Positions 53,860-64,000 of a stretch of 64,000 bases of DNA are shown one piece after another. Both the position numbers and the translations under genes were made by a program. The notes under the pieces are model-generated. The model was not told where the DNA came from, did no database searches, and saw nothing but the letters and a program-made list of their open reading frames with translations. Source of the stretch: Octopus bimaculoides (Eukaryota); NCBI RefSeq assembly GCF_001194135.2, contig NC_068981.1:160784718-160848717 (forward strand). Direction: 5' to 3'. The stretch's first letter is position 1; each line of letters begins with the position of its first letter.

Positions 53860-54250
53860 ATCATCACCACTATTAATGACATTATCACTATTATGTCATT
53901 AATAGCTTCTTCATCCTCATCATTGTCAACCCAACTATCATTATGACCATTGTCATTATAATCCTCCCTACTAGCACCAACGCTGTCCTATCATCATCAT
54001 TGTCAACACAACTATAATCACCACCACTAGTGCCTACACTACTATCATCCTCAACACCGCAATGACAACGACAACCACCACTACCCAAGCTTGAACACTG
54101 CAATATTATCATCACTATCATCATTGTCAACACCACTATTATGATGATGATCATCATTACCACTATCATCAGCTCTATACATGTACCAACACTGCCATAT
54201 CATCATCACCATCCCCCACTAGCTGCTGTTATAGTTATCAGTCTGGTGTC
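53860..54250. repeat. Decayed trinucleotide (CAT/CAC/CTA) low-complexity tract
   Basis: 3-bp periodicity, no protein similarity. Confidence 0.8.
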
Positions 54251-54346
54251 TTTGTTGAAATATCAGTCTGTGAAAATGTTACTGAGAATTTTTTCCATAT
54301 CTTATCTTCCTTACTGCTTATATATTTATTATTATTAGTATTATTA

Positions 54347-54770
54347 AGGTGGTGAGCTGGCAGAATCGTTAGCATGGCAGGCGGTATTTTGCCCATCTTT
54401 ACATTCTGAGTTCAAATTCTGTCATGGTCGGCTTTACCTTTCATCCTTTTGGGGTCGATAAATTAAGTACCAGTGAAACACTGGGGTCGATGTAATCAAT
54501 TAGTCCTCTCCCCTTAAATTTAAGGCCTTCTGCTTTTAGTAGAAAGTATTATTATCATTATTATTATTAAGGCGGTGAGCTGGCAGAATCATTAGCATGC
54601 CAGGCAAAATGCTTAGTGGAATTTTGTCCATCCTTATGTTTTGAGTTCAAATTCTGCTGAGGTTGACTTTGCCTTTCATCCTTTTGGGGTTGATAAAATA
54701 AGTACCAGTTGAATATTGAGGTTGATGTAATTGACTATCCTCTCCCCTCAAATTTCAGGCCCTGTTCTAA
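54347..54770 (+). mobile_element. Two tandem SINE family A copies joined by (ATT)n
   Basis: aaggtggtgagctggcagaatc at about 54347 and aaggcggtgagctggcagaatc at about 54569. Confidence 0.85.
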
Positions 54771-54871
54771 TGATTAGTGTTCTTTGTAATGTCTTTTTTA
54801 TCCATCAGTCCCCCTCTCTGTTTTTATAATTTATATCATTAAACATAAGCCCTCATGTAAACATTACTTCA

Positions 54872-55342
54872 CCCCTTCTTTAGCATTCAGATTACCCTGT
54901 CAAATGTAATGCTTATTTATTCACATTGTTTTAAGTTGATCAGTCCTATTGTAGCTTTGAGATTTTGACATTGTAATTGTTTATTTTTAGAATAATATTG
55001 TAGGATAAGTAGCAGAGGTTCAGATCTGGTGACTTTGAACATAAAACAGGTATGATTGTTGTATGGTAGTTAGTAAAGTTTCGCTTTAGCTATTAAGCTT
55101 ATAAAAAGATAGATGGTAGCAGTGATCATTGCTTTAAAGTGGCCATATCCAGCCAAAATAATCTACTTGTATTAGCTTCAAACTGGCCAGATCTGGCCTC
55201 TGTCACTTATCCTACAATATTATTCTAAAAATAAACACTCATGTCATTGAAGTCTCAAAGCTACAAGGTAATACATGATTAATTCATATAAATGTGAATA
55301 GATAAGCGTTACACTTGAAAGAGAAATTTGAATGCTAAAGGG
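54872..55342. mobile_element. Inverted pair of piggyBac-type MITE family 1 copies (another copy at about 55923-56142)
   Basis: Forward ctttagcattcagattaccctgtc... and reverse copy ending gaatgctaaaggg. Confidence 0.75.
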
Positions 55343-55399
55343 TTGAATTCAAAACTTCACCCTTATCTCTCATTTGTCATTTGTCCATCTTTCTGGGAA

Positions 55400-55810
55400 T
55401 TGATAAAATAAAGCTTGACCTAGATACTGCAGGCTTGCCTGACAGTATGGCAATTTTTCTGTTCCATGGTGGTAGGCCCCCTCATCTGGGATTCCATATG
55501 CTGTGACACCGTCTCTGGCTGGCGTTAACTTGGTGTGTTCAGTTACTAGCCCAGGCTCCACTGTTTGACAGACTGAGAAGAATCAACTGTCAAAGTATTG
55601 GCTGCTCTCTGACAGGCCTATGGTTGAGCCTAAGGCAGTTGAGACCTCTGGTGTCCTCGGTCCCCAGATCATGTCCCTGCTCACTGCTAGCAGGATAGAG
55701 ATGACTATCTGTAAGTGCAAGCCCTATGAGTCAGGGTGGCTGTTCCAGGGCATCTCCAGGGCAATGCCTATTCCATTTTGTCAGCTGGCACCATGAGGTG
55801 GTCTAAATTA
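55400..55810 (-). mobile_element. Probable 5' end of an RTE-like LINE (UTR plus decayed APE start); partial sister copy at 30270-30385
   Basis: Motif gtgcaa.ccct.tgagtcagggtggctgtt is shared at 30272 and about 55715. Minus-strand IWNPR...EKL...LQYLG loosely resembles the TWNVR start of APE endonucleases (inference). Confidence 0.35.
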
Positions 55811-56987
55811 CAGGAAGTTGAAAGAATGTTAGAATTTCATAGCTTACTGCACAAATAATAAAATTGAGAAAATATAAAGAAAAAATAACCTAAAGTAACA
55901 ATTAAGTGCTGGGATGGTTTAACCCTTTAGTATTCAAATTACTCAGTCAAATGTAATGCCTATTTATTCATATTGTTTTCAATTAATCATGCATTATCTC
56001 TTAGCTTTGAGATTTCGATGATGTGATTGTTTATTTTTAGAATGACATTGTATGGTAAGTGTAAGAGGCCAGACTCGACCAGCTTTAACGTAAAACAAGT
56101 AGACTATTTGGTCTGGATATGGTCTGCTTGAACACTAAAGGGTTGATTAACTATAGACACTCCAGCATCTCCCTCCTACAAAAATTGTGACCTTGTGCCT
56201 CCTTTTTTTCTATTTTTCTTGTTCAGCTATAGGACTGTGGCTGTGCTAGGGTACAACCTTAAATGGTTTAGTTGATCAAATTGACCCCTTTGGTATTTAT
56301 GTCATGCTTGAGAAGACCCATTGAGCTGAGCAAAATTGCAGTCATGACAGATACCGGTGTCATACAAATTGGCACCTATGCCAGTGGCACATAAACACAT
56401 CCCGGTGTCATGCATATGGCACCCATGCCAGTGGAATGTAAATGCATTCGTTAGACTCTTGAGGTGGTTGGCATTAGGAAGATTATCCAGCCATAGAAAA
56501 CCATGCCAAATCAGACTGGAGCCCAGTGAAACCATCCAATCCATGCCAGCATGGACAATGGCTGTTAAATGATGATGATGATGATACACATGCTGTGCAT
56601 GTGTATATACACACATACATATACTGTGAAATTTTCTGACTAAATCTAAATTGCATTTCTTTATTATCATTCTCCCCACACATGTTGTTATCCTCAGTCT
56701 CCCTCTTTATCTTTCTATCTTTCTTTCACTCTCTTTCTTTCACTCTCTTTCTCTTGTTAATCACAGCATTCTGTCATTTAAAATTTTTTTACAATTTTGT
56801 AGAAGATATGTGTATTGTTCTATATTTTTAAAACTTGTTTGTCAAGTTTTTTTAAATATTGCATTTATTCCCTGAATTTGACGTTTTTTTTTGTGCTAAC
56901 ACTTTACACACACACACACACACACACCAATCTATATTTTTTCTATTTCTATCCTCAACTTTTCTTGTATAACTACTTATACATTTT

Positions 56988-57028
<41 letters not shown>

Positions 57029-57672
57029 GTGTATGTATTCTTTATCAGTTCTCAATCTTTCTATTTAAGTCCTCCCACATATAACTGCATATCAATTTCT
57101 ATGGGAGAAAGCTTTTTATATTCTCAAATATTCTCACCACCAAACATTTTCATAGATATTAATGTCAGAAAGTCATAAGATTGTAATTTTTTTTTTCCTT
57201 TTTTTATTCCCTTTGTTTTCGTGAACTGTGAAGGATATTTTCTTGTGTTAGAATTTTTACTATCATTTTACTGTCTTCATGTATTGAACTGTTAGCCCTA
57301 GTGAAGCATCACCCAGTGTAGTGTTTCCCACCAATTTCACTAATGAGGATCTCTTTTATGTGAATAAATTTTCCCACAGCTCCTGGGCTATTCCATAAAC
57401 CGATTTTTAAAAAATTTTTTTTTTTTACTTTTTTAACTAACAACAAACTTGTTTGCTGAGTTTCAGATTTTAAATGAAACCTATATGTAACTGAATAATT
57501 AAACATCTTACATTGTGTGTGTACATTTGTGAGCTATATGCAATATAGTTCTGTTGAATTTCTTATTGTTTACATTCATAATATACACCTTAAATTTAGT
57601 TATATTCAATTAAACTTTTAGAAAAATTATTTTCAATCAACATTTCAGTGTTTATTTATTTTTTTTTTATAG

Positions 57673-57775
57673 GTTGGAGTAATTAGAAAATACCTAGAAA
57701 AAGAAATTCATTTAAAGGTCCATGATCTTATGGATCCGAATGCTCTACTGGATGGAGGGGACGTTCTCTTCACTG
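57673..57775 (+). CDS. DDAH: Internal coding exon of N(G),N(G)-dimethylarginine dimethylaminohydrolase (DDAH1-like)
   Basis: Acceptor ttttttttatag|GTT and donor ACTG|gtatgt flank an open 103-nt exon (phase 0 to phase 1): [35 protein letters not shown]. This matches the DDAH signature (human DDAH1 [34 protein letters not shown], recalled). The exon is too short for the ORF track. Confidence 0.9.
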
Positions 57776-60700
57776 GTATGTATTTGCTGTTTCTTACATT
57801 TTCTTTTTTCTTTATTCCTAGTCAAATATATTTTGTAGTGATTTGATAAAATAGACATTATTGGTAGAAAAGTGTAGCTTTACTTGAAGAATGAGTTTCC
57901 AGTTCTAAGATGGGATCAGATTTTGCTCTCATTTCAATAGAAAGAAAGAATCCTCTACTCCCTTGCTATAAAGACTGAACCTTTTTTTTTAAATAACTCA
58001 ATTGGTTTGAATTGTTACACTGTTATCATCTATACCCATTGTTTCCGGTGTTATAAATTGGACAAAGTTCAGAATCTTGTACCTGTAGGGACAGAATGCT
58101 GTGGTACCACAGAAAAATCTCTGTCCCAAACTTTGTATTTCTCTTTTTACTATACATTGCTTTCACTCTTTCTCAAAAAGCAAATTTCATAGTTTCATCA
58201 TGATCAACTCAGTTGTAAAAAATGACAAATTTAGGCTAAATAGGAGCTAGAATGGGAAATTTTTTCAATATTTTAACATTATTCAAATTCTGCCAAGGTT
58301 GACTTTACCTTTCACCCTTCCAGAGTTGATAAAATAAGTACCAGTTGAGCACTGCGGTCGATGTAATCAACTTACCCCTCTCCCAAAATTGCTGACCTTG
58401 TGCCAAAATTTGAAATCAATATTTTAACATTAAATCAATATTCAATTTTCTAACTGAAGAGCCTGCTGCTAAAAGTGCCTAAATCACATTGATCTTCATG
58501 TGACACAAGTACTTTTCTAACTAGGGTCTTCAGTTACGCATTTAACTTTTTTTTGAGGGGTGAGTCATTAGTAAAACTGTCTGAACCAACACGTCCTTTT
58601 AGTGATGTGTTAATAGTCGTTTTTCTTTTCTTTTTACATAACTCTTTATTTCTGTGTATTTAGGAATTGTGAAATTTATAACCTTGATTAGTAAATCATT
58701 GGGATTAATTGGGTTTTTCTTTTGTATTTATTATTTATTAATTTCTTGAATGTGTGCGTAATTCATTTGAAAAATTACTGTTCATCATTATCGTTTTATG
58801 TTTGCTTTCCATACTGGTATGGTTTGAATGGGTAGTAATGGTTCATACTTGAAGTAATTTCCTCCTAGATGAGTTGGAGACTGTCTTGCTTTCTGTTGCA
58901 ATTTTGGCATGATTTCTCTGACTGAATGCCCTCCATCATACCAATCTCTTTTCAGTGTATACTGGGTCATTTAAATTGTACCAGCATAGGAAAGGTTGCC
59001 CTCTCTTCATTCAGTGTTCATTTAAGGCAAAAATGACGAAGAGGGTGAACAGAAGAGAGCATGATGATAGAAAGAAAATAAGAGAGAGAGGATGAATACA
59101 ATGGAAAAAAACAATGAGGAGAGTGAGAGTGAGAGGTTAATGGTAAAAAGAATGATAGACAGCTACATGTTGTTGGTAAAAAGATTGAATAAAAAAAATA
59201 TCTTGAGTAGTGTGATGGGGAGAAGGGGTGATAAGAGGGACAAAGTAATAGAAGTAAAAGTGGGTGTGATATATGGGGTATGTTGATAGAGAGGAATGGG
59301 ATGGAGGGTACAGGGGGATCGAAGGATTGGAGGATAATAAAAGAGAGCAACTGATGGGTAGCTATAGAGAAGGCATCTGGTCATAGAATACTGCCTTAGT
59401 AACTCTTGTCCAGCCCATGCTATTATGGAAAGAAACAGACATAAAAGTGACAAGAAAAATGATGATAACACTTGAGGTGGCGAGTTGGCAGAATTGTTAG
59501 AATGGCATGCATTTCGTCCATCTTTACGTTCTGTGTTCAAATGCTGTCAAGGTTGGCTTTGCTTTGCAAACTTTTGGGGTCGATAAAATGAGCACCAGTA
59601 GAGAACTGGGGTTGATGTAAGCGACTTACCCCACCACGAAATTGCTGGCCTTGTGCCAAAATTTGAAACCAATAATAATGATAAGGCTTTTCACAACTGT
59701 AGTTTTTGTGCCTTTTCTCTTTAATGAGACTGGCATCTTCTGTGTAGATTTCTAGAAACTGGAGGGAGAGATGGAAACAGAGAAATCTCATTCATTTGCA
59801 GGCAAATTTGTTGAACAAGCAGCTAATATATGATCATTTAATTTGTTGAAAATAAGTAGCCAAAACTTTCACAGATCACACCCTACTATCTTAACCTCTT
59901 TTATACTAACCCACCTGAGACCACCCTTGGTTTTGTCATATAAAATTCCTATTGAAAGTGATCTAAAGGAAAATTTTCCATTAAAATTTCATGTTAATTT
60001 ACATTCCAAACATGAGCTTAATTTATTACTATACATTTATTTTACTATATTCTTGATTATTTTCAAAATTAACTGCACCAAATATGGTATATTTCAAGAG
60101 AAACATAGTAACAAATGTGTTAAATAAAGGCTATGCTGAACAGTATAGTCTCTGACATACAACAGACAGGATTGTTACAGCTAGAATGCCTTTTGTCAAA
60201 TTTATTTAACTACAACTGATCTGGGAATACACAGTAACAACAAAGTTTACTTTAAGCCAACAAAGGAAAGCCTCTGTTTGGGTGTGCAACCTTACTAGAT
60301 ATAAGTCAAATTTCCTTCAGATCACTTTCTACAGTTTTAAATTTGGAAAAAAACAAAAAAAACATTGAAAACTTTAGTTCCATGTATATCTCTTATATAA
60401 AATAGACCTCTGTGTGTGTATTCGCTTTTCATATGAAAATGGCTGCATGAATTGCTTCCAAACTTCAGATGCATGAATAATTTGACCTCTGGTACATAAT
60501 GGGGTCTTAAGTTTATTTTTTTATTAAAAATAAATAATATTGTTTTATATATACGATTCACTTCATTAAAAAGGTTTCTCAATGTCAACTTCCGGTATTG
60601 AGGTAGCAACAGTGAAATTTTCCATTTTCGTTTGCCAGGCCTCTCACTCTCTATTTTAATGTTTTCATTTCAAGTTTTAATTTGCTATTTGCAAACAACT

Positions 60701-60832
60701 ACTATAAATTACTGAAAGAAATATTTTCTAAGTTCACAAATTTAAATATTTGGCACAAGATAGTTTTTAACGAACTTTTATTTATACAATTTTTTAATTT
60801 CATGTTTATTTCATTCATTGTTTGCAATGTTT

Positions 60833-60885
<53 letters not shown>

Positions 60886-61012
60886 NNNNNNNNNNNNNNN
60901 NNNNNNNNNNNNNNNNNNNNNNNNNNNNNNNNNNNNNNNNNNNNNNNNNNNNNNNNNNNNNNNNNNNNNNNNNNNNNNNNNNNNNNNNNNNNNNNNNNNN
61001 NNNNNNNNNNTC

Positions 61013-61060
<48 letters not shown>

Positions 61061-61076
61061 TCACAATCTCTAATAT

Positions 61077-61114
<38 letters not shown>

Positions 61115-61307
61115 CAGGTTTGATTTTGTTATTACACAAATATCACATTAGATTTTTACAATTCAACAAGGGACATCCCAAAAAGTATGGGCTTTCTTTC
61201 GCTTGAAATCACACACTTCGTTAATTTTCATAAAATATTTTTATTTATTTACCTTTTGAGCACTATGTTCAGCTCTATGTANNNNNNNNNNATGCACACA
61301 TGTGTTT

Positions 61308-61338
<31 letters not shown>

Positions 61339-62459
61339 AATGATACCATTTGAAGTGTATTTCCCATCACCTAAAAGTTTTTCTTGAATGTATTTATGAG
61401 ATAACAGAATGAGATCACAAATAACATTTTCAGGCCATCCAGTGTAGGCAACTAGTTCAACTATTTAATTGGGTTGATAATTTCTAATCAAGCCTAGTTA
61501 TTTGGAACAGTAAAACCAATGTTTTATACCATAAAAATGACGAATAATAGGAAGACACTCCTTTGTCTATATTATGTGGTTGTGACAAAGGACACGTAAG
61601 ATAGTAGAGGTAGTAGTGACAGTTAGGAACATATTGCATAGTTGCTGTCCTTTCATATAGATGTTTAATATTTTCAAACTTAGTTTTAACAAAGGTATTT
61701 CTCTTCCCTTTAGTGGTCAAATTTCAGGAAAACTCCTCCACATCTGATTTCAAAATATGTTAGTTATTGTCACTTTTATCTAGCTGGCTTGTCTTTAAAT
61801 ACTGTTCAAAGTATCTGAATCTGCCAACTATTTTCTTTGCACTTTATAGAACAGTCTTATTAGAATACATTGTTTATGAATATGTTCTTGTCTGATTGAT
61901 GTTTGTTTCTAGTAGGAGGTTATTTAGGTCTTAAGCATTTACCTTTTATATATAGGGTCTTTGATGTCTGAATGGACAAAGAGTTGAATTTGGACTGAAA
62001 AATTCATGGTTTATGTTTTCTCATTGATACTTGCACTTCATTCTAGGGAAAGACACTAAACCCTACCATATTAGTTTAATCTACTATGCTATCTCTTAAG
62101 CATCAAGCAACATTTTAAGGATCTGTGCTTACCCCTAATTTCATGGTGTTATGTAAATGAGAAAATAATATTTTAGAGATGCTACTGGTCTATCACTTGT
62201 TTATATCCCCATATGGTACAGTTGCTAAAACAAACAATGAATTCTGGTTAGAAATATCATGAAATGTCTCCTGTACATTTGAACTTATCAGAAATAGATA
62301 ATTCCTAATTCATAATTATCCGTTTAGCTCTTCTGTTTACTAATAAGCAGATGGTATGCTATATAATTAACAAATATCTCATTAATTTGCCATGCTTAGC
62401 TTAAGTCCTGCCATATATTGGGGCCACCATAGAATCAGCATTGTTTTAACCGCTTATAA

Positions 62460-62830
62460 CCATCACACCAACAATCACCTTGAGCACCTTTTTGAGCTCC
62501 ATGTGTCTAACACACATGGGCATGCCTACAAAGTCAGAAAAAAGCACAGCTCCCATGACTTTCAGAAACATTTTTTCACACTCAGAGTTGCTGGAGCATG
62601 GAACAAACTGCCTGCTTCAGTTGTTAGTTGCCAAGTCATTGCATCCTTTAAACCTCCATGCTTCCTGAAATTCGCCAACACAACACCTGATATCTCCCCT
62701 CTATATGCATACACATATGTATATCATGACTCATACACTGTTCACTTTCCTGACTTTTGTACATAATTCTATTGACTATACATGCACCTTTGATGAGTTG
62801 TAGTGCACTTGCGCACTATACACTATAATT
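62460..62830 (+). mobile_element. CR1-clade LINE 3' end
   Basis: NTHGHAYKVRKKHSSHDFQKHFFTLRVAGAWNKLPASVV matches the CR1 TRGH...RKHFF..RV...WN.LP motif. Confidence 0.8.
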
Positions 62831-63189
62831 TCATTATTTTTTATCATCACTGAATTATATTCAGTATGAATTATTTATTATGTCTTTATCTTTGTATTAA
62901 ATATATCTTTTTATAATTGTTTATTCAGAATTAGTAGGCAATTTCAAAATGTGCTTTTTATCTCATAAAGATTTAAAGGAAAAAATTAATGTTGGAATGA
63001 AAACAAAAAAACATTAAAAAGCAGAATACAGTGGAATTTTTAAGGAGTTGTGAATGAGAAAATTGTTCACTGATGGGTTAGAAATAATAGTTGAATAAAG
63101 TTCACACTCCAGTTCCTTTTGTATTTACAATTCAGTTATGTTGAACATTTTTATATTCTCTATTATTATTTGGGAATATCATTTGCCTT

Positions 63190-63570
63190 ACAAACTAGTA
63201 ACAATTAATCAAGCAGAAACTGATTTCATCAGTTGTGGGGGAATTCAGAGCCACCAAGGTAAGAGCAATCAGTACATTGTTTCTATCCAAAAATGAGAAA
63301 GTCCGATATGCCAACAAAACCATAAAGTGTAGCAGAAATTTGAAGCCCCACGAAGCTGTGAAGGAAGCAGAAAAGTACTGGAAGCACCGGGAAATTGTGT
63401 AAATAGTCTGTTCAAGATCAGCTATGACTTGGTAACTATAGTATCAAGTGACAGGAAAAATACCAGTGCCAAAGGCAAGAGAGAGGTCACAGTGTAAAGA
63501 GTTTACAATTCAACAGAAGTTTGCTGTGTAAAGTAGGGCTTGTTTGCCAGGGATGATGGATACATTGGTT
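63190..63570 (+). mobile_element. HERO/NeSL-like RLE non-LTR retrotransposon fragment (post-RT region)
   Basis: SVVGEFRATKVRAISTLFLSKNEKVRYANKTIKCSRNLKPHEAVKEAEKYWKHREIV ... QG*WIHW resembles the EE.K..K.R...GRKW...EAV..AE..H.EIVG / QG.W..W pattern (from memory). Confidence 0.55.
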
Positions 63571-64000
63571 GGTGAAGGCTAATTCAGTCCTCACTTCCTC
63601 ACTCAGGCAAAATATAGAGGCTGAGGGATGGAACACCTATGACCCTGGGATACCTGCTGATGATATACAATGTTTTCTGACAGATTCAGAAGACCTTGCT
63701 GTATTTTTGAGTATCTTCTACAGTTTCTGCATCGGGCAAAGCATCCCCATTGTTTATTTCACCTTTGCTTATTTAATGCCAAAAACTGGAAACTAAGTAC
63801 TGGGTCTGAGTTTTGGAAATATTTTCACTTGTTTCTACTCCTGCTACCATAAGCATTGCTACTACCACTGAATTCACTAACATCATCACCTCCAATACCA
63901 CCACTTCTGGAATCACTGACCGCAACATCATTTCCAACTCTACAACTGTCCCATTCTATCACTGCAAATCATACAATTACTATTGAATGGACCCTGTTAT

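Noticed and set aside
53891-54338. Hydrophobic or His-rich ORFs
   Set aside because: Products of a decayed trinucleotide repeat
56796-56831. FVEDMCIV resembling the DDAH FVEDxAVV motif
   Set aside because: Stop four codons later, no upstream PDC motif, T-rich context and no usable splice sites
59806-59845. Acceptor tttgcag|GC as the next DDAH exon
   Set aside because: Reads GKFVEQAANI* and lacks the FVGLS.RT motif

Overview
This is AT-rich eukaryotic genomic DNA from a gapped draft assembly. The SINE, MITE and microsatellite families look like those of octopus (coleoid cephalopod); that species call is my inference. Only one host coding exon can be supported: a 103-bp internal exon (57673-57775, +) of a dimethylarginine dimethylaminohydrolase (DDAH) gene, encoding [35 protein letters not shown]. 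I found no other DDAH exon, so most of the window is probably intron. The rest is decayed mobile DNA: RTE, CR1-group, R4/Dong-like and HERO-like non-LTR relics, mariner, Tc1 and hAT relics, piggyBac-type TTAA MITEs, at least three tRNA-derived SINE families, an RTE-tail element with a 66-bp minisatellite, and many microsatellites. The long ORFs in the track mostly run through N gaps or simple repeats. I see no convincing new biological system. The most interesting signals concern repeat architecture: retroelements associated with (AAT/ATT)n tracts, a repeat-generating site in the RTE-tail element, and several long hairpins that could be dsRNA or ADAR substrates.
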